This document shows positions 9,007 through 16,537 of a stretch of DNA of 64,000 nt, piece after piece. Both the position numbers and the translations under genes were made by a program. The stretch is taken from positions 101,051 to 165,050 of the forward strand of contig JAZSKW010000010.1 in the NCBI GenBank assembly GCA_045535015.1, in the 5' to 3' direction. The first letter of the stretch is position 1; each line of letters opens with the position of its first letter. The DNA is from Christensenellaceae bacterium. GTDB taxonomy: Bacteria; Bacillota; Clostridia; Christensenellales; Borkfalkiaceae. The notes under the pieces were generated by a model. The model was not told where the DNA came from. It did no database searches and worked only from the letters and a program-made list of their open reading frames with translations.

Positions 9007-9483
9007 ATGGAACAAAAGATTGATTTCAAAATTTTGGACGAGGCTATTAAGGAATACGGAAACGAAGAAAAGTCCTTGATTGCCATTTTACAACGTGCTC
9101 AGGAGCATTATAGATATTTGCCCAGAGAAATTTTCCCTTATCTTGCTGAAAAGCTTGATATTCCCGAAGCAAGAATTTACGGCGTAGCAACCTTCTACGA
9201 AAACTTCTCTTTGGAAAGAAAGGGTAAATACGTAGTTAAAGTTTGCGACGGCACGGCTTGCCACGTAAGAAAGTCTATTCCTATTTTGGAGGCTTTGAGA
9301 AAAGAGCTTGGCTTGTCTGAGAGCAAAAAGACTACTGACGACCTTCTTTTCACGGTTGAAACAGTTTCGTGTCTTGGTGCTTGCTCATCGGCACCCGCAG
9401 TTATGGTAAACGATGAAATTTATCCTACTATGACTCCCGAATCTGCCGTTAAACTTATTAACGAAATAAAGGAGAAAAACTAA
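9007..9483 (+). CDS. hydC: [FeFe] hydrogenase subunit HydC (NuoE-like thioredoxin-fold [2Fe-2S] protein)
   Basis: Cys pattern CDGTAC...CLGAC. TAATG overlap with the next gene. Confidence 0.85.
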   Translation: MEQKIDFKILDEAIKEYGNEEKSLIAILQRAQEHYRYLPREIFPYLAEKLDIPEARIYGVATFYENFSLERKGKYVVKVCDGTACHVRKSIPILEALRKELGLSESKKTTDDLLFTVETVSCLGACSSAPAVMVNDEIYPTMTPESAVKLINEIKEKN

Positions 9484-11357
9484 TGCTTAAATCTATTGAA
9501 GAATTGCGCGCCTATCGCCAAGCCGCAAAAAAGGCGATGGATGCTGAAAATAAACGTATTATAATCTGCGGCGGCGCAGGCTGCGTCAGTAAGGGTGCAA
9601 ACAAGGTTTACGACAAACTCGTTGCTTTGATGAACGAAAAGAAGGTTAAGTTTACCGTTAAACTTGAAAAAGAACCTCACGGCGACAACGTAAGACTTAA
9701 AAAGAGCGGTTGTCACGGTTTTTGTGAGGTTGGACCTTTGGTTCGCATCGAGCCACAAGGCTGGCTTTACGTAAAGGTTAAGGAAGAAGATTGTGAAGAA
9801 ATCATCGAAAAAACCATCGTAAAGGGCGAATGCATTGAAAGACTTGCATACACCGAAAACGGCGTAGTATACAAAGAACAAAAGGAAATTCCTTTCTATA
9901 AAAAACAAACCAGACTTTCACTTGACAACTGCGACAAAATCGACGCAACTTCTATTGAAGAGTATCTTGCTCGCGATGGTTATACCGCATTTGAAAAGGC
10001 ATTGACCGAAATGACGAGTGACCAAATTGTCAACGAAGTTACCGAGTCCGGCTTGCGGGGTCGTGGCGGGGGTGGTTTCCCCACCGGTAGAAAGTGGAGC
10101 CAAGTTGCAAGACAGAAAAACTTCCCCAAATACGTTGTTTGTAACGGTGACGAGGGTGACCCCGGTGCATTTATGGATAGGTCGGTTATGGAAGATGACC
10201 CCCACAGAATGTTAGAGGGTATGATTATTGCAGGTATTGCAACTGGCGCAAGTGAAGGTTACATATACGTTCGTGCGGAATACCCCCTTGCAGTTCAAAG
10301 ACTTAAAAACGCAATCAAGAGTGCTGAGGAACTTGGCCTCTTGGGCGACAACGTTTTTGGCACTGATTTCTGCTTCCACATGCACATTAACCGTGGTGCA
10401 GGCGCGTTCGTTTGTGGTGAAGGCTCGGCACTTACCGCTTCTATCGAAGGTAAACGTGGTATGCCTAGGGTTAAACCTCCCAGAACTGTTGAACACGGCT
10501 TGTTCGATAAACCCACAGTTTTAAATAACGTAGAAACTTATGCAAATATTGCAGATATTATAAATAAGGGTGCAGAATGGTATAAACAAATCGGCACCGC
10601 AACCAGTTCCGGCACAAAGACTTTTGCGCTTACCGGCAACATCAAAAACGCAGGTCTTATTGAAGTTCCTATGGGCACCACTCTTAGAGAAGTTATCTTT
10701 GATATCGGCGGTGGCATGCGTGACGGTGGAAAGTTTAAGGCTGTTCAAATCGGTGGACCATCAGGTGGTTGCTTGACCGAAGAGCACTTGGACCTCCCCC
10801 TCGACTTTGATTCACTCAAAAAAGCGGGCGCAATCATTGGTTCTGGTGGTCTTGTTGTTATGGACGATAAGACTTGCATGGTTGAGGTTGCAAGGTTCTT
10901 TATGAACTTTACTCAAAACGAATCGTGCGGCAAGTGCGTTCCCTGTCGTGAAGGGACCAAGCGCATGCTTGAAATTTTGGAAAGAATCGTTGCAGGCGAG
11001 GGCAGAGATGGCGACATTGAACTTTTGCAAGAACTTGGCGAAATGATTTCCAACATGGCACTTTGCGGTCTTGGTAAAACTGCGGCAGGTCCCGTTCTTT
11101 CTACCATTAAGTATTTTAGAAACGAATACGAAGCGCATATTTACGATAAGCGTTGTCCCGCAGGCGAATGCCAAAAGCTTAAACAAATCGTTATCGACCC
11201 TGAGCTTTGTAAGGGCTGCTCTAAGTGTGCTCGTCAGTGTCCTGTTGAGGCAATCAGCGGCAAGATTAAAGAGCCCTTTACCATTGACCTTGGCAAGTGT
11301 ATCCGCTGCGGCAGCTGCTTAACGGCTTGTCCCTTCCACGCAATAAAGGAGAACTAA
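9483..11357 (+). CDS. hydB: [FeFe] hydrogenase subunit HydB (NuoF-like NADH/FMN-binging flavoprotein with extra Fe-S domains)
   Basis: GRGGGGFPTG FMN/NADH motifs, ESCGKCVPCREG, and a C-terminal 2x[4Fe-4S] ferredoxin domain (CKGCSKCARQCP, CIRCGSCLTACP). Confidence 0.85.
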   Translation: MLKSIEELRAYRQAAKKAMDAENKRIIICGGAGCVSKGANKVYDKLVALMNEKKVKFTVKLEKEPHGDNVRLKKSGCHGFCEVGPLVRIEPQGWLYVKVKEEDCEEIIEKTIVKGECIERLAYTENGVVYKEQKEIPFYKKQTRLSLDNCDKIDATSIEEYLARDGYTAFEKALTEMTSDQIVNEVTESGLRGRGGGGFPTGRKWSQVARQKNFPKYVVCNGDEGDPGAFMDRSVMEDDPHRMLEGMIIAGIATGASEGYIYVRAEYPLAVQRLKNAIKSAEELGLLGDNVFGTDFCFHMHINRGAGAFVCGEGSALTASIEGKRGMPRVKPPRTVEHGLFDKPTVLNNVETYANIADIINKGAEWYKQIGTATSSGTKTFALTGNIKNAGLIEVPMGTTLREVIFDIGGGMRDGGKFKAVQIGGPSGGCLTEEHLDLPLDFDSLKKAGAIIGSGGLVVMDDKTCMVEVARFFMNFTQNESCGKCVPCREGTKRMLEILERIVAGEGRDGDIELLQELGEMISNMALCGLGKTAAGPVLSTIKYFRNEYEAHIYDKRCPAGECQKLKQIVIDPELCKGCSKCARQCPVEAISGKIKEPFTIDLGKCIRCGSCLTACPFHAIKEN

Positions 11358-11360
11358 AAA

Positions 11361-13046
11361 ATGGAAAAGAAATATTTGACAATAGACGGTATCCCCGTAG
11401 AGATTAACGGGGAAAAGAACCTTCTTGAACTTATTAGAAAAATCGGTATTCAAATGCCTACCTTCTGCTACTATTCGGAGCTTTCGGTATACGGTGCTTG
11501 CCGTATGTGTATGGTAGAAAACGAGTGGGGCGGCTTTGAAGCAGCTTGTTCAACTCCTCCTAAGGCTGGTATGAATATTAAAACCAATACCGAGCGTTTG
11601 CGTAAATACCGCAAAAATATTCTTGAACTTTTGCTCGCAAACCACTGCCGTGATTGCACAACTTGCGACAAAAATAATAATTGTAAGCTTCAAGACTTAG
11701 CAATGCGCTTTAAAATTGAGGGTGTTCGCTTCCCCAACTCTGCAACAGAACCCAAGGAAGACAAGTCCTCGCCTTGCATTATCAAAGATAGCAGCAAATG
11801 TATTCTCTGTGGCGACTGTGTCCGTATGTGTAACGAAATTCAAAACGTTGGCGCAATCGACTTTGCACACCGTGGCTCAAAAATGACCATCAGCACCGCG
11901 TTTGGTATTCCTCTTTCACAGTCACCTTGCGTAGGCTGCGGTCAGTGTGTTGCAGTTTGCCCCACGGGTGCTCTTGTGCTTCACAGTGATGCAAACAAAA
12001 TTTGGAAGGCACTTGAAGAAAAGGAAACCAAAACTACCGTTCAAATTGCACCCGCAGTTAGAGTTGCTGTTGGCAAAGCGTTTGGTCTTAAAGAGGGTGA
12101 AAACGTTATGGGTAAAATCGTTACAGCTCTTCGCAGAATGGGCTTTGACGAAGTATACGATACCACTGTCGGCGCAGACCTCACGGTAATGGAGGAAACT
12201 CAGGAATTTATCGACAGGTTAGAGACTGGCAAGAATATTCCTTTAATTACTTCTTGCTGTCCCGCTTGGATTCAGTTTGCTGAAAAGAAACATCCCGAAC
12301 TTTTGCCCAACATTTCCTCTTGCCGTTCACCAATGCAAATGATGGCATCATTATTAAAGGAAAAGGCAAAGCAAGAGGGTGGCAAGCACTTCCACGTTGC
12401 AGTTATGCCTTGCACGGCTAAAAAGTTCGAAGCAGCGCGCGACGAATTTGTTAGCGAAGGCACCCCCAACGTAGACGCAGTTCTTACCACTAAGGGACTT
12501 ATCCGTATGATTAAGGAAAGCGGTTTAATCTTTGAGGAGCTTGAACCGGAAGCAGTTGATATGCCCTTCGGCACAATCTCCGGCGCAGGTGTAATTTTCG
12601 GCACAACCGGTGGTGTTACCGAGGCAGTGTTGCGTAGAGTAATGTCCCAAAAAACTCGTGCAGAGCTTTTGGCTATCGAATCTATCGGTCAACGCGGTAG
12701 CGAGGGTATCAAGGAATTTGACCTTCCCTACGGCGAAAAAACTTTACACATTGCAGTTGTAAGTGGTCTTGCAAACGCAGAAAAAGTTATCAAGAGAATG
12801 AAAGCTGGCGAGCATTTTGATTTTATCGAAGTTATGGCTTGTCCGGGCGGCTGTGTAAACGGCGGCGGTCAACCTTTCAGTATGGCAGAAGGCAGAGCAA
12901 AGCGCACCAAAGGTTTGTATGACGCAGATAAGCTTCTTTCCATCCGCCGTGCAGAAGAAAACCCCATTATCGACGACCTTTATAATGGTGTTTTGAAAGG
13001 CAAGGTTCACGAACTTCTTCACGTTCACTACGGCAAGCATAAATAA
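11361..13046 (+). CDS. hydA: [FeFe] hydrogenase catalytic subunit HydA (group A3 / bifurcating-type context)
   Basis: H-cluster motifs TSCCPAW, MPCTAKKFE and EVMACPGGCVNGGGQP, plus an N-terminal 2Fe-2S and several 4Fe-4S Cys motifs. Confidence 0.9.
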   Translation: MEKKYLTIDGIPVEINGEKNLLELIRKIGIQMPTFCYYSELSVYGACRMCMVENEWGGFEAACSTPPKAGMNIKTNTERLRKYRKNILELLLANHCRDCTTCDKNNNCKLQDLAMRFKIEGVRFPNSATEPKEDKSSPCIIKDSSKCILCGDCVRMCNEIQNVGAIDFAHRGSKMTISTAFGIPLSQSPCVGCGQCVAVCPTGALVLHSDANKIWKALEEKETKTTVQIAPAVRVAVGKAFGLKEGENVMGKIVTALRRMGFDEVYDTTVGADLTVMEETQEFIDRLETGKNIPLITSCCPAWIQFAEKKHPELLPNISSCRSPMQMMASLLKEKAKQEGGKHFHVAVMPCTAKKFEAARDEFVSEGTPNVDAVLTTKGLIRMIKESGLIFEELEPEAVDMPFGTISGAGVIFGTTGGVTEAVLRRVMSQKTRAELLAIESIGQRGSEGIKEFDLPYGEKTLHIAVVSGLANAEKVIKRMKAGEHFDFIEVMACPGGCVNGGGQPFSMAEGRAKRTKGLYDADKLLSIRRAEENPIIDDLYNGVLKGKVHELLHVHYGKHK

Positions 13047-13149
13047 TAGCTAAAATCGTCCGTAATATAAACGTGATATACACGTAATAAACGTCACGTA
13101 AATATGATGTTCGCATTAAGTAATCGTGACGTAAAAGTTGCAAAAATTA

Positions 13150-13240
13150 TCCTATGAGGGAGTAGCAAGCGCTATGTAATAGCGTAGCAAGTCAACATCC
13201 TGGCGAAAGCCTGGCTTGCTTTAAATTGCCAGACTCATGT
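13150..13240 (+). promoter_or_regulatory. Candidate yybP-ykoY (Mn2+) riboswitch aptamer
   Basis: ATGAG/CTCAT closing helix. GGGAGTAGC, GTCAACAT and TTGCCAGAC segments resemble the conserved yybP-ykoY loops. There is an internal GNRA hairpin CCTGGC-GAAA-GCCTGG. Recognised from memory of the consensus, not scored. Confidence 0.55.
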
Positions 13241-13276
13241 ATAACAATCGGCTATACATGGTTCCCAAAAAGATTT

Positions 13277-13314
13277 CCCCGAGTATAGCAAAAGAGTTAT
13301 GCTCGGGGTTTTTT
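13277..13314 (+). terminator. Intrinsic terminator (likely riboswitch expression platform)
   Basis: CCCCGAGTAT...ATGCTCGGGG 10-bp stem followed by TTTTTT. Confidence 0.7.
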
Positions 13315-13469
13315 ATAAACGTGCCAAACGATTTATAAAGTTATTTAACCCTTTTATAAATATATTAAACGGTTGTAAAATATTAATAATAGGTAATACT
13401 ATTTAAAAGCATTAAAATAATAAAAAAGCCATAAAAATAAAAAAGCTTCAAAATTAAAGGAGAAAAAAA

Positions 13470-16124
13470 TTGAAGGCTTATAGCAAAGAGATTAGTGGTG
13501 TTATAAAAGAGCTAGCTACCGATGAAGCCAAAGGATTATCTTCGCAAGAGGTAGCTCTTCGCCGAGAAAAATTTGGCGAAAACAAGCTAAAAGAAAAAAA
13601 GAAAAAGACAAATTTTCAACGCTTTATTGAGCAGTTTAAGGACGCAATGATAATCATCTTGCTAATTGCTGCGGTGGTGTCTTTTGTCATTGCTTGCATT
13701 GAGGGCAATCCCAAAGAGTTTTTCGAGCCAGTTTTAATTTTGCTCATCGTTGTTATTAACGCGATAATGGGCGTTGCGCAAGAAAGCAAGGCGGAAAAGG
13801 CACTTGACGCGTTAAATAATATGTCCGCACCGCACGCAAGGGTATTAAGAGATGGCAAGGAAAGCCTTATCAATGCCGCAGAGCTTGTTCCGGGCGATAT
13901 AATCTTGTTGGAAGCAGGCGATTTTGTCCCTGCTGATGCAAGGCTGATAAAAAGTGTAAGTCTTAAAAGTGAAGAATCTGCTTTGACGGGCGAAAGTGTG
14001 CCTACCGAAAAGGATGCAAATGCCGTTGTAAAAGAAAGCGCACCGCTTGGCGACCGCGCAAATATGGTCTTTTCCGGTTGCAGTATAACGTATGGCACGG
14101 CGGTTGCTGTGGTTACTGCAACGGGTATGAATACCGAAATGGGTAAAATCGCAGGGCTTTTGTCTAACGAAACGGAGGGGCAAACCCCCTTGCAGCAAAA
14201 GCTTGCTAAGCTTGGCACGTACCTTGGCTTTTTGGCACTCGGCGCGTGCGCAATAATTTTTGTTATCGGCTTAATCAGTAAAATACCTCCGCTTGAAATC
14301 TTTATGACTGCCGTATCGTTGGCAGTTTCGGCTATCCCTGAGGGTTTGCCCGCTATCGTTACCATAGTGCTTGCTATTGGCGTTCAGCGTATGGTAAAAA
14401 AGAACGCAATAATTCGCCGTCTTCCCGCAGTGGAAACACTCGGCAGCGCGTCTATCATTTGCTCCGACAAAACGGGCACGCTTACTATGAACCGTATGAC
14501 GCTTGTCAAGGCTTACGTTGACGGCGCAACCGATACTGAGGAAATATCCAACAATAACAGCGATAACGTCAAAAAACTTCTTTCATACGGAACGTTATGT
14601 TCTGATGGCTCAGTCGTCTTTGATGATGGCAAGGAAACCCATATTGGCGACCCCACCGAAACGTCTATCGTTTTTGCGGCATATAAAAACGGTTTTGATA
14701 AAGAGGGGCTAAACGCAAAATATCCTCGCTTAAACTCAATTCCTTTTGATTCCGACCGTAAGCTTATGAGCACAATTAACCAAATTGACGGTCAAAAATT
14801 AGTTATCGTAAAGGGCGCGTTTGACGTTATGGAAAAGCGCTGCATTTCAGGCGACCTTGTCAAAGCGCGTGAGATTAACGAGCAAATGAGCTCAAACGCA
14901 CTCCGCGTTCTTGCCCTTGGATATAAAGTAATTGATGAAATCCCGACTGAACTAACTAGTGAGGAAATTGAAAACGGCTTAACCTTTATGGGCTTAGTCG
15001 GTATGATTGACCCACCAAGACCTGAGGCAAAAGAGGCGGTAAAGGTATGCCGTGCAGCAGGCATAAAGCCTGTAATGATAACTGGCGACCACGTTGTTAC
15101 GGCTTCGGCAATAGCAAGAGAGCTTGGCATTTTGCTTGACGGCGATAGGGCTATTACTGGTGTAGAACTTGATGCAATGACGGACGACGAACTTGACAGA
15201 GAGGTTCAAAACATATCGGTATACGCGCGTGTTTCACCCGAAAACAAAATTCGCATAGTCAAGGCTTGGCAAAGAAAAGGTCAAGTGGTATCAATGACGG
15301 GCGATGGCGTTAACGATGCTCCCGCACTTAAAGCCGCTGATATAGGCTGCGCAATGGGCATTACGGGAACTGACGTAGCAAAGGGCGCGGCTGATATGAC
15401 GCTTACCGACGATAATTTTGCCACCATAGTCGATGCCGTTAAAGAGGGCAGAGGAATATATGCAAATATTCGTAAAGTAGTAGGCTTTTTGCTCGGCACA
15501 AATATTGGCGAGGTTATTACCGTTTTTGTAGCAATGCTTATTTGGCAGGTTACGCCACTTCTTTCAATGCAACTGCTTTGGATAAATCTTGTTACCGACA
15601 GCTTGCCTGCAATCGCACTTGGTATGGAGCCTGTTGAAAAGGACGTTATGAACCGTCCGCCCCGTCCCAAAAAGGAGGGCTTGTTTGCCCACGGCTACGG
15701 TATAAGAATTGCTTTGCAAGGCTTAATGTTTGGCATTTTGTCCCTCGTTGCATTTTGGCTTGGCAGAAGCTGGATGGGCAGTTTAGAGGGCGGTCAAACA
15801 TTAGCATTTATGACCCTTTCACTGTCGCAAGTAGTTCAGGTTTTCAATATGCGATCAGAGCATTCCATATTTAAGATTGGCCCCTTTACAAATAAAAAAC
15901 TAAACTTGGCAGTATTGGCTTCTTTGGCACTTGTTGCCCTTGTGTTGTTTACGCCAGTGAGTGTTGCATTTGGCATAATCGCTTTGCCGTGGCAGCTTTA
16001 TCTTATCGGTTTAGGGCTTTCAATCGCTCCCCTCGTTATAATGGAACTAAGCAAACTTTTTGGCTTTATCAAGCATCACGGCGAGGTAAAATCTTCGGCA
16101 GAAGAAAAATCTTTCACAAAATAA
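13470..16124 (+). CDS. P-type ATPase, type IIA (annotatable as Ca2+-translocating; possibly Mn2+/Ca2+)
   Basis: DKTGTLT, TGES, MITGD and TGDGVNDAPALK motifs with 10-TM architecture. TTG start 7 nt after AAAGGAG. Confidence 0.9.
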   Translation: MKAYSKEISGVIKELATDEAKGLSSQEVALRREKFGENKLKEKKKKTNFQRFIEQFKDAMIIILLIAAVVSFVIACIEGNPKEFFEPVLILLIVVINAIMGVAQESKAEKALDALNNMSAPHARVLRDGKESLINAAELVPGDIILLEAGDFVPADARLIKSVSLKSEESALTGESVPTEKDANAVVKESAPLGDRANMVFSGCSITYGTAVAVVTATGMNTEMGKIAGLLSNETEGQTPLQQKLAKLGTYLGFLALGACAIIFVIGLISKIPPLEIFMTAVSLAVSAIPEGLPAIVTIVLAIGVQRMVKKNAIIRRLPAVETLGSASIICSDKTGTLTMNRMTLVKAYVDGATDTEEISNNNSDNVKKLLSYGTLCSDGSVVFDDGKETHIGDPTETSIVFAAYKNGFDKEGLNAKYPRLNSIPFDSDRKLMSTINQIDGQKLVIVKGAFDVMEKRCISGDLVKAREINEQMSSNALRVLALGYKVIDEIPTELTSEEIENGLTFMGLVGMIDPPRPEAKEAVKVCRAAGIKPVMITGDHVVTASAIARELGILLDGDRAITGVELDAMTDDELDREVQNISVYARVSPENKIRIVKAWQRKGQVVSMTGDGVNDAPALKAADIGCAMGITGTDVAKGAADMTLTDDNFATIVDAVKEGRGIYANIRKVVGFLLGTNIGEVITVFVAMLIWQVTPLLSMQLLWINLVTDSLPAIALGMEPVEKDVMNRPPRPKKEGLFAHGYGIRIALQGLMFGILSLVAFWLGRSWMGSLEGGQTLAFMTLSLSQVVQVFNMRSEHSIFKIGPFTNKKLNLAVLASLALVALVLFTPVSVAFGIIALPWQLYLIGLGLSIAPLVIMELSKLFGFIKHHGEVKSSAEEKSFTK

Positions 16125-16182
16125 CAACCAATTAAACGGCTATTTAGCCATAAATAAATATTGCATATTAGCATATCACAAC

Positions 16183-16212
16183 AAAAAACGCAGAGCTTAA
16201 ACTCTGCGTTTT
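16183..16212 (+). terminator. Intrinsic terminator after the ATPase
   Basis: ACGCAGAG-loop-CTCTGCGT followed by TTT. Confidence 0.65.
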
Positions 16213-16267
16213 AAAGTTTAATAATTGTAAAAATTTTATTAAATTATAAATTTTATCATTAAAAAAG

Positions 16268-16295
16268 TTGACACCAAAGTCAATTAAGATATAAT
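16268..16295 (+). promoter_or_regulatory. SigmaA-type promoter
   Basis: TTGACA (16268-16273), 16-nt spacer, TATAAT (16290-16295). Confidence 0.55.
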
Positions 16296-16307
16296 ATAAT
16301 TATAAAG

Positions 16308-16334
16308 TTAGCACTCGCGAGCAAAGAGTGCTAA
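16308..16334 (+). promoter_or_regulatory. CIRCE operator (HrcA binding site), perfect consensus
   Basis: TTAGCACTC-GCGAGCAAA-GAGTGCTAA matches TTAGCACTC-N9-GAGTGCTAA exactly. It lies 13 nt downstream of the -10 box. Confidence 0.8.
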
Positions 16335-16537
16335 TAATCGACAAAAATCGTCAACGTGGCACTAGCCTTTATTGACGTAATTAAGCTTAACTTACGTTGG
16401 CGGTATTAGTCAAAATCAAGCTATTTAAATAATTTATTTTTTGGTTATTTAAGGAAAAAGTCATATAACGGATAAATTATTTATATATAATGTAATTAGT
16501 AATTTAAACCTTAAAAAAGTAATTTAAAGGAAAATAT

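Noticed and set aside
13616-14365. Long antisense ORFs inside well-supported genes. Examples: 13616..14365 (249 aa) opposite the ATPase; 21064..21726 (220 aa) opposite yloV; 30085..30741 (218 aa) opposite the PIG-L gene; 39556..40128 (190 aa) opposite GGGtGRT; 45222..46467 opposite rnj.
   Set aside because: All are low-complexity, Ser/Pro/Ala/Thr-rich mirror translations. They have no RBS and no recognisable motifs, and they lie entirely within genes whose sense-strand products have clear family signatures. They are the expected by-product of codon bias.
16470-16500. dif-like sequence (…TTATATATAATGTAATT…) resembling the central/XerD part of the Firmicute dif site.
   Set aside because: Only the AT-rich centre and the ATGTAA arm match. 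The opposite (XerC) arm does not align by hand, so this is most likely chance similarity in AT-rich DNA.
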